A DNA stretch of 63,827 nt, the filler included, from Octopus bimaculoides (taxonomy: Eukaryota), in assembly GCF_001194135.2 (NCBI RefSeq). It is 9 parts of 8 records of this genome, joined end to end, with 100 filler letters (N's around TTAATTAATTAA, not from the genome) between each part and the next. Parts side by side here need not be neighbours in the genome. Positions count along the whole stretch, not along the records: positions 12,780 to 36,315 come from NW_026437004.1; positions 36,416 to 38,933 come from NC_068983.1; 7 more parts are not named here. The stretch is one strand, 5' to 3'. This document shows positions 25,560 to 37,789 of this stretch, in pieces. How positions within the stretch are numbered: the first letter of the stretch is position 1; the number at the start of each line of letters is the position of its first letter. The translations under genes and the position numbers were made by a program. A model generated the notes under the pieces. It saw nothing but the letters and a program-made list of their open reading frames with translations, was not told the origin of the DNA and made no database searches.

Positions 25560-28500
25560 AGAGAGAGAGAGAGAAAGACTGAATACTTTGAAATATATAT
25601 GAAGGAAAAATATGAAGAAAGAGATATGAAATTAAAATGGAAAGAAAATATGAGAAAAGCAAATGAGAGAGAAGGAAAGAGAGGCAGCAATGGTGACAAG
25701 AGAAGGCAGACGATAGAAAGAAAGAGCTGGAAGAAGACAGAAGGAAGTAAAAATGAAGAAGTGTAAGGTGGTAGAAGACAAAAGGAGGTAAAAGAAAATG
25801 GAAGAAAGAGATAGAAAGATATAGGATAAGATTGAAGGGAGAATATGGAAGAAAGATGCAGACGATAACGGTAAAGAATCATGGAAAAGAGAGAGAGAAA
25901 TAAAATGGAAGAAGAAGGATGCAGACGAGAGAATTAAAAGGGAGACAAGAAATAAAAGGAAGAAAGAGATAAGGAAAGATAGAAAGGTACGGAATAAGAT
26001 TGAAGAAGATGGGAGAATATGGAAGAAAAATGCTGAGAATAAAGGTAAAAAAAAAGCACAGAGAAGAGAGAAGAAAAAATGGAAGAGAATAGAATATGGA
26101 AGAAGGGTGCAGACGATAAATTTAAAAGGGAGACAAGAAATACATGGAAGAAAAAGAAGAGATTGGTAAAGATAGAAAGGTACAGAATAAAACTGAAGAA
26201 GATGGGAGAACATGGAAGAAAAATGCAGATGATAAAGGTAAGAAAAAACATGGGAAAGAGAGGGAAGAATAAGATGGAAGGGTGCGGACTACAGAATTAA
26301 AAGGGAGACAAGAAGAAAATGGAGGAAGATGAGAGAAAGGAAAAGATGACAGGATAAAAAAACACGAAGAAAGAGGGGAATGGGGCAGAATAAGATGGAA
26401 GAGAATGAATGACGAATGAGAATGGAAGAAATTGCGAGAAGAATGGTGACAGATGGGAGAAATGGGAGAGAAATGCAGATGACAGAGGGAAAATTGAGGA
26501 AAAGGTACGGAAGAATGAGGCGGGAATAGACAAAAGACGACAAAAGAAAATAGAAGATATGATTTAGGAAAAGCAGACGACAGAATTAAAAGACAGGAGA
26601 CAAAAAGAGAACGGAAAAAAGATGGGAGAAAGGAAGGTGAATGGAAGGTGAATGAAATATGCAGACGACACAGGAAAAGAAATACCGCAGAAAGGAATAG
26701 AGGAATAAAGCGTGAAAAAACTTCAAAAGGACAAAAGAATATGAAAGAGATAGATAATATAAGACAGAGAAAGACGAGGAGGAAAATGGGAGAAAGGAAC
26801 AGATGATAGAATTAAGAGACACAAGGAGACAGGAGTGAAAAACGGAAGAAAACGAAACGGGATGGAAAAAAAGGAGCTGAGGGTATAAGAAAATGGAAGG
26901 AGGCAGAAAAAAGTGAAGGGAGAAAATGGGAGAAAGATAAAGAAGGCAGGGAAAAAAATTAAGGAAAATAAAAAGAATGGTTAGGCAGGAAAAGATAAAA
27001 AATGACAAAAGGAAATAGAAGTAACAAAGAAGGCAGAAGGATATATAATACGATCGAGGAAGACGGAAGAAGATGAAAGATCGAAGGAAGAAAGATGCAG
27101 ACGACAGAAATGAAAAGGAGACGAGAAGATGAGAAAAGATGTGGGGAAAGGAACTGATGATGGGATTAAAAGACCCAAGGAGACAAAAGAGTAAGATAGA
27201 AAGCAGAAGAGGATGGCAAAAGGAGCAGACGATAAAAATATGAAAGGAGATAGAAGAATAAGAGGATGGAAGAGGGAAGATTACAAAAGATGGGAGAAAG
27301 GAAAGATGACCGAATTTAAAAACAGGGAGATGGAAGAGGGAGACAGATGAACACTGAAGAGAATGGAAGAAGTTGGATGAAGGAGAAAAGAAGAAAATGA
27401 GAGGACAGAAATGAAGGAAAGGGTTGATGGTAGGAATGTGCAGAAGGTATGGAGGGAAATCATAGCAAAGAAATGGATGAAATTAGGTGGGAAGAGACAG
27501 AAGACGAAACAAATATGGAAGAAATAGGTGAAAAAATAATAAAATTGAAAAAATTAGGAGAATGGTAGAGCCGACAGAGTTAAGAAATAAAAGACTAGGA
27601 GAAGATGGAAAAAGATGGGAGAAAGGCGCAGATGAGAGGGTTGAAATACACGAAGAATGAGAGTAAGTGGAAAGAAGGCGAAAGAGAATGGAAAGAAAGA
27701 GGCAGACGACATAAGAAAATGAAAGGAGAGAGAAGAAAAAAGCGGGAAAAGATGGAAAATGGAAGGAAAATGCAGAGAAAGCAGGGGGGAAATCACGGAA
27801 AGATAAGAATGAAATAAGAAATGGCAGAAAAGAATAAAAGTGAACGGAAGTGACAGACAACAAAAGAAAAAAGATTATAAAGATATTGAATAATAAGACT
27901 GGGGGAGATAGGGAAAGATAGAGGAAGAATCACGGAAAAATGAGAGAAGAACGAGATTGAAGAAGGCGGAACATGGACGAACGGTGTAAACGATAGGATT
28001 GGATTGGAAGACAAGAGGAAAAGACATAAGAAGAGAAAAGGAAGAAAAATAAAATGGATGGCGGAAGAATGAATGGAGCAGACGACAGAAGAGGATGAGG
28101 AAAAAGGCAGAAAAATAAGCAGACGACATGAAGTAATAGAGAAGATAGAGAAAATGTAATAGAAGAAGAGAAGAAAACATGGAAGACAAGAAGAAAACGT
28201 TGGAAGACAAGAAGAACACAGAGGATTATGACAGAAAAAGACGTAAGGTGGATGGAAAAAGATGGAAGAAAAATAAAACGGAAGACGGAAGAATGAAAGG
28301 AGCAGACGATACAAGAAGATGGGAAATAAAGCAGGAAAAGATAGAAAAAATAAGCAGACGACATGAGGAAATAGGAAAGACAAACAAAATATAACTGAAG
28401 AAAAGAAAAAGGAAGAAAGTTGCAGACGACATCGGTAGAAACAGAAGTTAAGGGGTCAAAATGGAAAACGAGAAACGATTGAAGTTGGGAGACATAATGA

Positions 28501-29640
28501 AAGAGTTTGATAGAAGAAAAAGACAGATAGGACAGTAAGATAAAAGAAGAAAAGGTGGCAGAAGATGATAAAAGAATCGTGCAGACGATATATTAAAAAG
28601 ACAGAATGTGGTCAGATTAAAGAAAGAAGAATGAGATGGATGAAACGAATAAAGGCATATAAAAATGGTTGAAAGAAACAGGTATTAGAAAAAGTTACAG
28701 GATACCAAAAGGAAAGGGCGGAAGAAGGTTGAAAAAAAAAGATTAAAGGCAGGAAAAGATGAGGCGGGGAAGATGTAAGAGAGGGAGCGAAAGAACATGG
28801 AGGATTGGAGAGAACAGAAGTGTGAAGATGAGGAAAGCTGGAAATAGAAAGAACAGTTAAGGTAGGCAGAGACTGAAGAGATTGAAGACAGAAAATTAAA
28901 GATGACACAATTGGATTAATGATAAAAGTATGATGAAAATATCTAAACGAAGTTAGGGGATGAAGACGGAAAGAAAGCTTAAGACAAAGAAGATAAAAGT
29001 AAATAGGCGAAGAACACAGATAACTAAAAGACTCATGAAGACTAAAGACTAAAGACAAAAGACTAAAGAGAAAATTAAAGAATGGTGTAGAGAGAAAACT
29101 AAAAATTGGCATAGACAGAAGATTGAAGACTGGTGTAGTGAGAAGACCAAAGGTGAAGGACACAGGAGACGAAAGACAGGCGTCGTCGATAGAAGAGAGC
29201 AAATAAAGGAGATTGAAGACATGAATTAGAAGATTGATGAGAGATTGAAGACATGAATTAGAAGATTGATGAGAGAATTAAGAGAAAGACGATGTAAGGA
29301 GACAGAGTAAAGATGACAAAAGACTGAATGAGATGAGTGGCAGTAGAAAAAGACAAAAGACTGAAGAAAACAAGATTGAGGATTGAAGTAGATAGAAGAA
29401 AGAAGATAAAAGACAAAAGATTAATGAGTGAATACAATAGAAAGAAAAGTTTAAAGAAGAGAAAGCAGATTGAAGGAGGGGAAAAAGATGGCGGCAGAAG
29501 AAAGGGATAAAAAATAAGGAAATGTTGCGGGGACAAACGGGGTGAAAGTAAGTAAAAATAAATATGGAAGGGGCGAAGAGGTTAAAAAAAATAAAAAAAC
29601 TCCCCAAAACAATCTCTGAATATGGGAAAAGATTTGAAAG
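25560..29640. repeat. ~4-kb purine-strand (G/A) degenerate satellite with recurrent GCAGACGA motif
   Basis: The plus strand is strongly depleted of C and T. It holds 15 exact GCAGACGA copies plus GCAGATGA variants, and a ~185-bp unit is visible at 25800-26350. Confidence 0.8.
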
Positions 29641-29886
29641 AACGAATAATTAGCCATGACGTCATTCATCAACGCACGCATAATTGCTACCACCACCATC
29701 ACCATCATCATCATCATCGTGACCATCATCATCATTGCCGCCATCATAACTAATCATAACTATCAGAAGATTCATTATTACAATCATCATCATCTCCATC
29801 ATCATTAACGTTATCATAGCATTCATTAGCATCATCACCACCAACAGCTTCCGATCACCCCTTCTCTCTCTCTCTCTCTCTCTCTG

Positions 29887-29934
<48 letters not shown>

Positions 29935-31159
29935 CATACATACATACATACATACATATACATATATATATATACATACATACATACACACACATACACA
30001 CCACACTCGCAAATGCACACATATATAAGCACAAACACAAATAAATGAATATACACACACGAACTTATATACATATATACAAATACACATATAGCAATAT
30101 GTGTNNNNNNNNNNNNNNNNNNNNNNNNNNNNNNNNNNNNNNNNNNNNNNNNNNNNNNNNNNNNNNNNNNNNNNNNNNNNNNNNNNNNNNNNNNNNNNNN
30201 NNNNNNNNNNNNNNNNNNNNNNNNNNNNNNNNNNNNNNNNNNNNNNNNNNNNNNNNNNNNNNNNNNNNNNNNNNNNNNNNNNNNNNNNNNNNNNNNNNNN
30301 NNNNNNNNNNNNNNNNNNNNNNNNNNNNNNNNNNNNNNNNNNNNNNNNNNNNNNNNNNNNNNNNNNNNNNNNNNNNNNNNNNNNNNNNNNNNNNNNNNNN
30401 NNNNNNNNNNNNNNNNNNNNNNNNNNNNNNNNNNNNNNNNNNNNNNNNNNNNNNNNNNNNNNNNNNNNNNNNNNNNNNNNNNNNNNNNNNNNNNNNNNNN
30501 NNNNNNNNNNNNNNNNNNNNNNNNNNNNNNNNNNNNNNNNNNNNNNNNNNNNNNNNNNNNNNNNNNNNNNNNNNNNNNNNNNNNNNNNNNNNNNNNNNNN
30601 NNNNNNNNNNNNNNNNNNNNNNNNNNNNNNNNNNNNNNNNNNNNNNNNNNNNNNNNNNNNNNNNNNNNNNNNNNNNNNNNNNNNNNNNNNNNNNNNNNNN
30701 NNNNNNNNNNNNNNNNNNNNNNNNNNNNNNNNNNNNNNNNNNNNNNNNNNNNNNNNNNNNNNNNNNNNNNNNNNNNNNNNNNNNNNNNNNNNNNNNNNNN
30801 NNNNNNNNNNNNNNNNNNNNNNNNNNNNNNNNNNNNNNNNNNNNNNNNNNNNNNNNNNNNNNNNNNNNNNNNNNNNNNNNNNNNNNNNNNNNNNNNNNNN
30901 NNNNNNNNNNNNNNNNNNNNNNNNNNNNNNNNNNNNNNNNNNNNNNNNNNNNNNNNNNNNNNNNNNNNNNNNNNNNNNNNNNNNNNNNNNNNNNNNNNNN
31001 NNNNNNNNNCCAGAATGTTCCATAAACTTCAGGATGTTGGCCTAGTGTTCCGTTAACTCATCAACTACACATTGCGCATGCGTACATGCACACGCACAAA
31101 TGTTTTCGTGTATGTCTGCATGTATGTATAATCGTTCTTAAGTTTTATATTTCAAGATT

Positions 31160-31790
31160 TCTTGCCAAGAAAGAACTGGTTTCCAACCTAGATCCAAGGT
31201 CCCTTCATTGGAATTTCAACATCAACAAAAAGTTATTTTTGTTTGTATGTATGTATGTATGTATGTATGTATGTATGTGTGTGTAGATTTGTATGTTTTG
31301 CTTTATGTATGTCTTCTCATGCATATAGCTACATATCTAGACATGCTCATATATATTTAAATGATAAACTTCTGGAAAGCTTTGCAGATATTTACAGTTT
31401 CAGCGATGGATTCGATCTGTAGTCTTCGAATCAGCTTTCTCCCTTGTGGTTTTGAGAAGCCTAATCTCTCAATACTGGCATTTAGGCAGTGTGTTACATA
31501 TCCCAGGACCCCAATAATTACAGGTATAAAGATGAACTTGTAATCTGGATAGAGTAGCTACAGATTTCTCAATACCTCAGTGTGGGTATTCTCTTTTTCA
31601 CTGATCTCCAGCTTTAAGCTAACATCTGCTGGGCAGCTAATTTCCACAACTGTACACAGTTTCTCTTCTCTGTCCCAAATCATTATATCAGGTCTGTTGT
31701 GCTTACATTTTATCGAGGTCTTCACTGGGACATTCCACCAGTATTCCTTTTTATTATGCTTAGCCATGGCTTCTACCATATTGTGGGTTC
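31160..31790 (-). mobile_element. R4/Dong-like non-LTR retrotransposon 3' fragment: restriction-like endonuclease and 3' UTR
   Basis: WNVPVKTSIKCKHNRPDIMIWDREEKLCTVVEISCP..EK..PVIIGVLG, the PD-(D/E)xK RLE signature; contains stops. Confidence 0.85.
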
Positions 31791-32139
31791 TTATTTCTTA
31801 GTCCTCGAGATTTTGTTTGCATGTATGTATGTATGTATGTATGTATATGCATGCATGTATGTATGTATGCATGTATGTGTCTATCTAAAATGTATGTGTC
31901 TATCTATCTAAAATGTAATTGTACATACATACAAACGTATGTATTTGTATGTGTGTAAATATATATATATATATATTTATAAACATAATTAAGGGATCAG
32001 CAAGCATTTGCTTTTTTAGCTGCTATTTCTGAACTTCGGTATATGGTGAAGCAAATGCTTGCTGATCCGTTAATTATGTTTATAAATGTATAGGAACTTT
32101 TAAATAAGTTCTCCACCGATAATGGTGCTTACATNNNNN

Positions 32140-32240
32140 NNNNNTCCCCACCTCCCAACACCCTCACATCACACCACACTAATACCCTCACATCACACCA
32201 CACCAATACCCTCGCATCACACCACGCACACACTACAACT
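32140..32240. repeat. 24-bp tandem repeat (ATACCCTCACATCACACCACACCA), about 3 copies
   Basis: Direct inspection. Confidence 0.75.
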
Positions 32241-32492
32241 GACCAATTACTTTCTCCCTTCCTCCCTTCCCCATTTTCACACTACATACGTCAAGTTCAC
32301 CAGCATTCTACATCCCACACACAGCCCCTCGTTCCCGATCACCGTTTGTTATCTCCCCCTTTCTTAGCTCTCCTGAAAAAAGAATTTCTAACTTCCGGTC
32401 AGCCATTGTTATGATCGGCCATTATTATGATTGACCGTTGACTGAACACTATTCAATTTTTTTTCTCCGTGTTTTTCTCCTTGTCTCCGTAT

Positions 32493-32529
32493 TCTTTCTG
32501 TTGAAGAGCGTAGCTCGAAACGTCAAAGA
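32493..32529 (+). ncRNA. Minimal PLE-type hammerhead with an A6-to-U core substitution
   Basis: TCTTT CTGTTGA A GAG-CGTAG-CTC GAAAC GTC AAAGA: 5-bp stem I, 3-bp stem II, palindromic ACGT stem III. Confidence 0.55.
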
Positions 32530-34659
32530 CTTTCCGTATTCCCGAGCGTCATACTAATATATACTTTTGTTATTTACACCACCTGTCCTCGTCTGTTGTT
32601 ATTATTTGTATATTCTCCCATATATATACAAGTATCTCACTCTCACTTTCTATGCATGTATATATTATATATATACATGTATCTCACTCTCACTTTCTAT
32701 GCATATATATATATATATATATATATNNNNNNNNNNTTATATATATACATGTATCTCACTCTCACTTTCTATGCATATATATATATATATATATATCTTT
32801 CTCTAACTTTCTATATATGTGTGTGTGTGTGTGTATCGTTAAGATATATATTATGTATGTATCATATACAGGTAGGACCCAACGAAGGAGACATCTATGC
32901 TGTAGTTTAACCTGGTAGAAACAGCTGCCAAATCTCCATCAAATCACACCTTATTGTCTCATATATATCCATATATATGAGTATGTGTGTGTGTGTGTGT
33001 GCGTCAATGAGGGAAACCTCTACATGGAATCTATAGCTGGTAGAAATAGCAGCCAAACCTCCCTGAAATCACACCCTTCTATGTGGACATAGTATCGTTT
33101 TCTATACAAACACTAAGACAGCAAAATAAAGCAGAATAGATATAGAAATATGTAACAAAAACTGGATGTTTATGCCTGGAATGTTTTTGGTCTCAATCTG
33201 CTCGATAATGGCTGGCCTGGGGCTAAACTATGTCAAAAGCGCCATCTACACGCAGATGACCAAAACGTCTTTGGGATATCTTTTAAGCTGAAACGGTCTC
33301 TTGAAGCATTTTCTCTTACATTGCTTCCCAACCTACGCCTATATAATATGTAAAATTAATAATATAAAGAAATTGGAGAGTTGAGGGTGTATAGTTAATT
33401 TATTTGCACCACAGCCCGTTGTTAAGATATAAATACAAATAAATTTTAAAAAAAAACAGTCTTCGATTGCGATACCCCAGCATGGCCGCAGTCTACTGAC
33501 TGAAACATGTGAAAGACACTTTGATAATTAAATGCTATTTGGAACTGTATGAAAAAATTTTTTTTTGAAATATTTCTGTGTATTGTATGAATATAAGTAA
33601 TTTATTGCCGATAATTTTGACCAAAGAAACAAATACAGACTTCCATTGTGATAAACCGGTCTCCTTCTGGTAACCCTCTTCTGTTGTTAACGGACGTCTT
33701 AAGTTTATAAAAGAGGTGGGGGGGGGGGCTTCTTGATTCTCAAGCGTGCATGGCATTGTAAAACATTTTATCACGAGAAACAAATCATCTGAACAGGTTG
33801 AACAGGAAGATATTGCAGAAACCTCATCCGTCGTCTAAGACAGGGAAACCAGTCAAATATGTAATACGAATAAAGGTACATGAAATACTATACGATATCA
33901 TAATGTTAAAAAAAAAACGATATGAAAATACTCAATGCGAGACGAAATATAAAAGTAAATTTACAAGTTGAGAAGATTGAAGAATAATTTTCACTTTACC
34001 TTATATGTTGATATTTCGTATTAAGTCGAAATTTGCAGGAAAAAAATTTTAAAAAACCAATGGTATAGAGCAGTCCTTTGTCAAGAGAAAATGGAGGATT
34101 ATTTTGAAGGTAATGTGACATGTGCAGAACGGTATTGTTACAACCAACCAAATAGCTTCCGGTATCTCTCGTCTATTTTTCATGGACAATTTTTGTTTAT
34201 TAAAAGGGAGGGTTTCGATCATCGTCAAATTGCCAAATGTTAGCTTTTTATGGTCTAGAGAATAATATTCCCGTTTTTCTTTTCTTTGTTTTTTACTGAT
34301 ATCATCCTGAAATTGTTTCGTCGATGGTAAACGTAAATTCAATAGCCTAGCATTTATTTCTCAAAGTGTGTGTGTTTTTTTTCAATGGTGTGATCGTCTG
34401 CACTCATTCATTAACGCTTTGCCTGTCCTGTGTATGATATACGACACACGAGGACTATTTTCCTGGCGTTAATGCATCTCAAACGTTTTTCCAGCCTCCA
34501 GAGTCACTTGTGACTTATAAAATGAAAGCTTTATATTAATCGGAACATATGAAACAAGGGCTAAAGTGCATGTCTGAAAACAAGCATGGACGTTTACGAC
34601 AAGATTACGAAAATAATATTGGACAGGCGAAGAGGTAATATCATAGATAAAACGATAAA

Positions 34660-34950
34660 CGTCGTCCTTTCAAAGCCTAGCCAGGCTCAGGGGCCCGGTT
34701 TCCCGGTTTCTATGGCGTATGAGTCCCCCCACCCAGCTGGACGGGACGCAAGTCCATCGCAGTGTTACTCAAGAAACAGGAAGAAAGAGTGAGAGAAAGT
34801 TGGGGCGAAAGAGTACAACAGGGGTCGCCTCATGGAGCTTTTAGGTGTTCTCGCTCAATAAACACTCACAACACCCGGTCTGACAATCGAAACTGCGATT
34901 CTCCGACCGCGAGTCCACTGCCCTAACCACTGGGCCATTGCGCCTCCAAC
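34660..34950 (-). mobile_element. SINE family D
   Basis: Homologous to 16087-16400 (CGCTCAATAAACACTCACAAC; AACAGGAAG.AAGAGTGAGAGAAA). Confidence 0.8.
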
Positions 34951-35037
34951 ATCACAGATAGGCTCACTACAAAGATACATTTTGTATAAAATAACTCACT
35001 GATGTCACATTATAACTGTCTTTTCAAATAGAACTGC

Positions 35038-35323
35038 TTAACCCATTTACCTCCCATAATTCTATTAACTGGAATTTTTTTATGAAACTTTGATTTCTAG
35101 CATAAAACAGCCTTAGAAACACGCTGGAATGATCAAAATAACATTTCAAATAGAAATAAGCGAGATATTGGGTGAAAAATTAGCAAACCTCTTTTGAATA
35201 TCAGAGAAATATACCTAGTAGATATAGCAAAAAGGTTAGATATGTGTAAATATTGACAGATAATTACGAAATTTGTAATTTTTAAGTGATCTCATATGAG
35301 ATCACTGGTAGGGAATGGGTTAA
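35038..35323. mobile_element. PiggyBac-like MITE
   Basis: TTAA-CCCATT ... AATGGG-TTAA ends; internal perfect 22-bp palindrome AGTGATCTCATATGAGATCACT at 35285-35306. Confidence 0.6.
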
Positions 35324-35574
35324 GCCCAGCCTGTCTGTGTATTAGATGTGATACACAGGAAATATTTCATTGGCATCTCTGCATCATATTCCCAATTTCT
35401 TCTCAATCACCAAAATAACTCGAGACTGATGAAATGAATGCTTTTCTATTACTCAGAACGTATTGAATTAGCGCAAACTAAAAGTCTGAAAATTACCATG
35501 GACGTGTAGGACAAATTTATGAAAATGCTTTGGACAAGCAATGGATTAAAGTCACAGATAGGCTGCCTAAAAAG

Positions 35575-35862
35575 GGGTAAATACTCCCTTTGGTCATGAA
35601 TGACCATGGGATTGCACCTAGAAAGTTACAAACCCAGGCAAAGTTGTTTGTGGAAGACCAGCAGTCGCCCATGCATACCAGCCTCTTCTCTCTGCACCAC
35701 TGATGTTATCCCAGGGAAAGGCAAAGGGGCCGCAACAGCTTGGCACTAGTGAACTGGAGCAACGTGAAATAAAGTGTCTTGCTCAAGAACACAGCATACA
35801 ACCCGGCCCGGGAATCGAACTCACAACCTTATGATTGTGAGCATGGCGCTCTAACCACAGAG
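35575..35862 (-). mobile_element. SINE family C
   Basis: Reverse complement of 23052-23385. Confidence 0.85.
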
Positions 35863-35869
35863 CCTTCCA

Positions 35870-35943
35870 TTTCATTATCTTTACCTCCGCCGAATAAATG
35901 GAAGGCGCCTTCCATTTATTCGGCGGAGGTAAAGATAATGAAA
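35870..35943. repeat. Perfect 74-bp spacerless palindrome
   Basis: TTTCATTATCTTTACCTCCGCCGAATAAATGGAAGGC|GCCTTCCATTTATTCGGCGGAGGTAAAGATAATGAAA. Confidence 0.95.
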
Positions 35944-36101
35944 CGCACTCCCTTTTCTCTTTTACTTGTTTCAGTCATTTGACTGTGGCCATGCTGGAGT
36001 ACCGCCTTTAGTCAAGCAAATCGACCCCAGGACTTATTCTTTGTAACATTATTTACATTATTTACATTTGACGGATATTTGTCCTGATCTTGTTTGTTAT
36101 T

Positions 36102-36147
36102 AACACAACGTTTCGGCTGATATACCCTCCAGCCTTCGTCAGGTGTC
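36102..36147 (-). ncRNA. Type I hammerhead ribozyme, PLE type, intact core
   Basis: Minus strand: GACAC CTGACGA A GGCTG-GAGGGTATAT-CAGCC GAAAC GTT GTGTT. Stem I 5 bp, stem II 5 bp, palindromic ACGT stem III, GUU triplet. Confidence 0.8.
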
Positions 36148-36315
36148 CGTGAGAGGATCTATTACAACCGTTGGAAAAAACATCAACTAAATAACGAAAT
36201 CAAAGAGAGGCTATCTTCATTACTTAGAAAAATAACTAGAGATGACGACAGAAAGAGAATCCAACAAGATCTAGGAAAATCGTACATGAAAGAATTTGAA
36301 ACGGTGAAGACACGC
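36145..36315 (+). mobile_element. Probable PLE ORF N-terminal fragment, running into a gap
   Basis: Open frame VRERIYYNRWKKHQLNNEIKERLSSLLRKITRDDDRKRIQQDLGKSYMKEFETVKTR abutting the inverted hammerhead. The PLE assignment rests on context and resemblance. Confidence 0.45.
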
Positions 36316-36517
36316 NNNNNNNNNNNNNNNNNNNNNNNNNNNNNNNNNNNNNNNNNNNNTTAATTAATTAANNNNNNNNNNNNNNNNNNNNNNNNNNNNN
36401 NNNNNNNNNNNNNNNTGGAGCCTGGTGTTGCCATCCGGTTTCACCAGTCCTCAGTCAAATCGTCCAACCCATGCTAGCATGGAAAGCGGACGTTAAACGA
36501 TGATGATGATGATGATG

Positions 36518-36551
<34 letters not shown>

Positions 36552-36562
36552 ATATATCTTTA

Positions 36563-37467
36563 TTCTCTATGTGGCTTGTGTGTTTTCTCGTCTACGTTTT
36601 GTTTGCAATGTCCTGTACCAAGATATGCACCTATACATACAGGTGGATGTCGGTATGCACATACCTGTACGTATATATGCATATACTCATTTACTATTTG
36701 TTTTTACATGACTGAACGCAGCATCACCAATCTGTAAGTAGTTTTCGCAACTTTATATTTTCCGACGCTACTCTATCTCTTTCTCTTCCTCTTCATTTTT
36801 TCCCCCTCTCGTTCTTCTTCTGTTTACTACTACGTATCTCTCTTTACCCCTATCGTTCTTCCTTTGTTACTACTACGTATCTCCTTTCCCCCCCTTGTAC
36901 TTCCTCTCTTCCTCTTTTCCTCTCGTTGCTCACCTATTCTTCTACTTCCTCCCTTTGTTTCTCCCTCTACCACTCTCTCTCTCGTCCCCTTACACCAGCA
37001 TGGTCACATGCTTCCAGTCAATAATCCTTTTCTTCCTTGGCTATCGCCGAGCAAACACGTGAACTTACTTCGTCCCCACTTTCAAGTTCGTGCCTCACAG
37101 CGTTCATTACACACATAATTTTTCCCGTCTGGCCGTATAGCCTTTTCTGTTTGTTTTCCGGTCTTGTTTTTTGTCCGCCACTACATTCCTCCGTGGCAAG
37201 GTTTAATTTGTGTATACAAATTTAATTTGCGGTCCATGAGAAGAGCCGTTTTAACGATGCGTCCTACCCAGCTCTTCGAAACGCCGGTGTTAAAACGGGG
37301 GTAGCTGATGAAAGAGAATGTTCTCTATGTGGCTTGTGTGTTTTCTCGTCTACGTTTTGTTTGCAATTTCCTGTACCCAGATATGCACCTATACATACAG
37401 GTGGATGTCGGTATGCACATACCTGTACGTATATATGCATATACTCATTTACTATTTGTTTTTACAT
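36563..37467. repeat. Element bounded by ~147-bp direct repeats (36563-36709 and 37321-37467), pseudo-LTR-like
   Basis: Near-identical TTCTCTATGTGGCTTGTG...CTATTTGTTTTTACAT at both ends. Confidence 0.8.
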
Positions 37468-37789
37468 ATGTATTATTTATATGTACATATATGTATGTGT
37501 GTGTGTATGCATGTATATATGTAAGTGAGATAATAGTTTAAGTATTAATATTGAAAGTATTAAAACTGAAAGTATCTCACATTACAACAGAGATGTTATT
37601 GTTTCACTTTTGACATGTAAGAAATAAGAGATTGCTCCGAGCTCGCATTAAGCAAGAAGTTGAAAATTGTTTTGGCCCATGACACTGCATGGACCCTAAG
37701 TAAAGCATGTGAAAAATTTGAATGAAACTGTTTGGGTAGTTCTCGAGTTTTAGTGATGCACACATACAGACACACATTCTCACCATCTT

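Noticed and set aside
25560-29640. K/E/R-rich or F/L/S-rich membrane protein; CRISPR-like array
   Set aside because: Frequent stops in all frames; the motif is only 8 bp with irregular, mutually similar spacers; eukaryotic context with no cas genes.
32620-32790. Triplicated 40-bp segment around a 10-N gap
   Set aside because: Probably an overlap artefact at a contig join.
33535-34342. Minus-strand ORFs of 82 and 97 aa
   Set aside because: No recognisable domain; possibly old TE debris, but not assignable.
36440-36460. CTGAGGACTGGTGAAACC on the minus strand of the RTE-like tails
   Set aside because: No stem II pair and no UH triplet; other copies do not conserve it.
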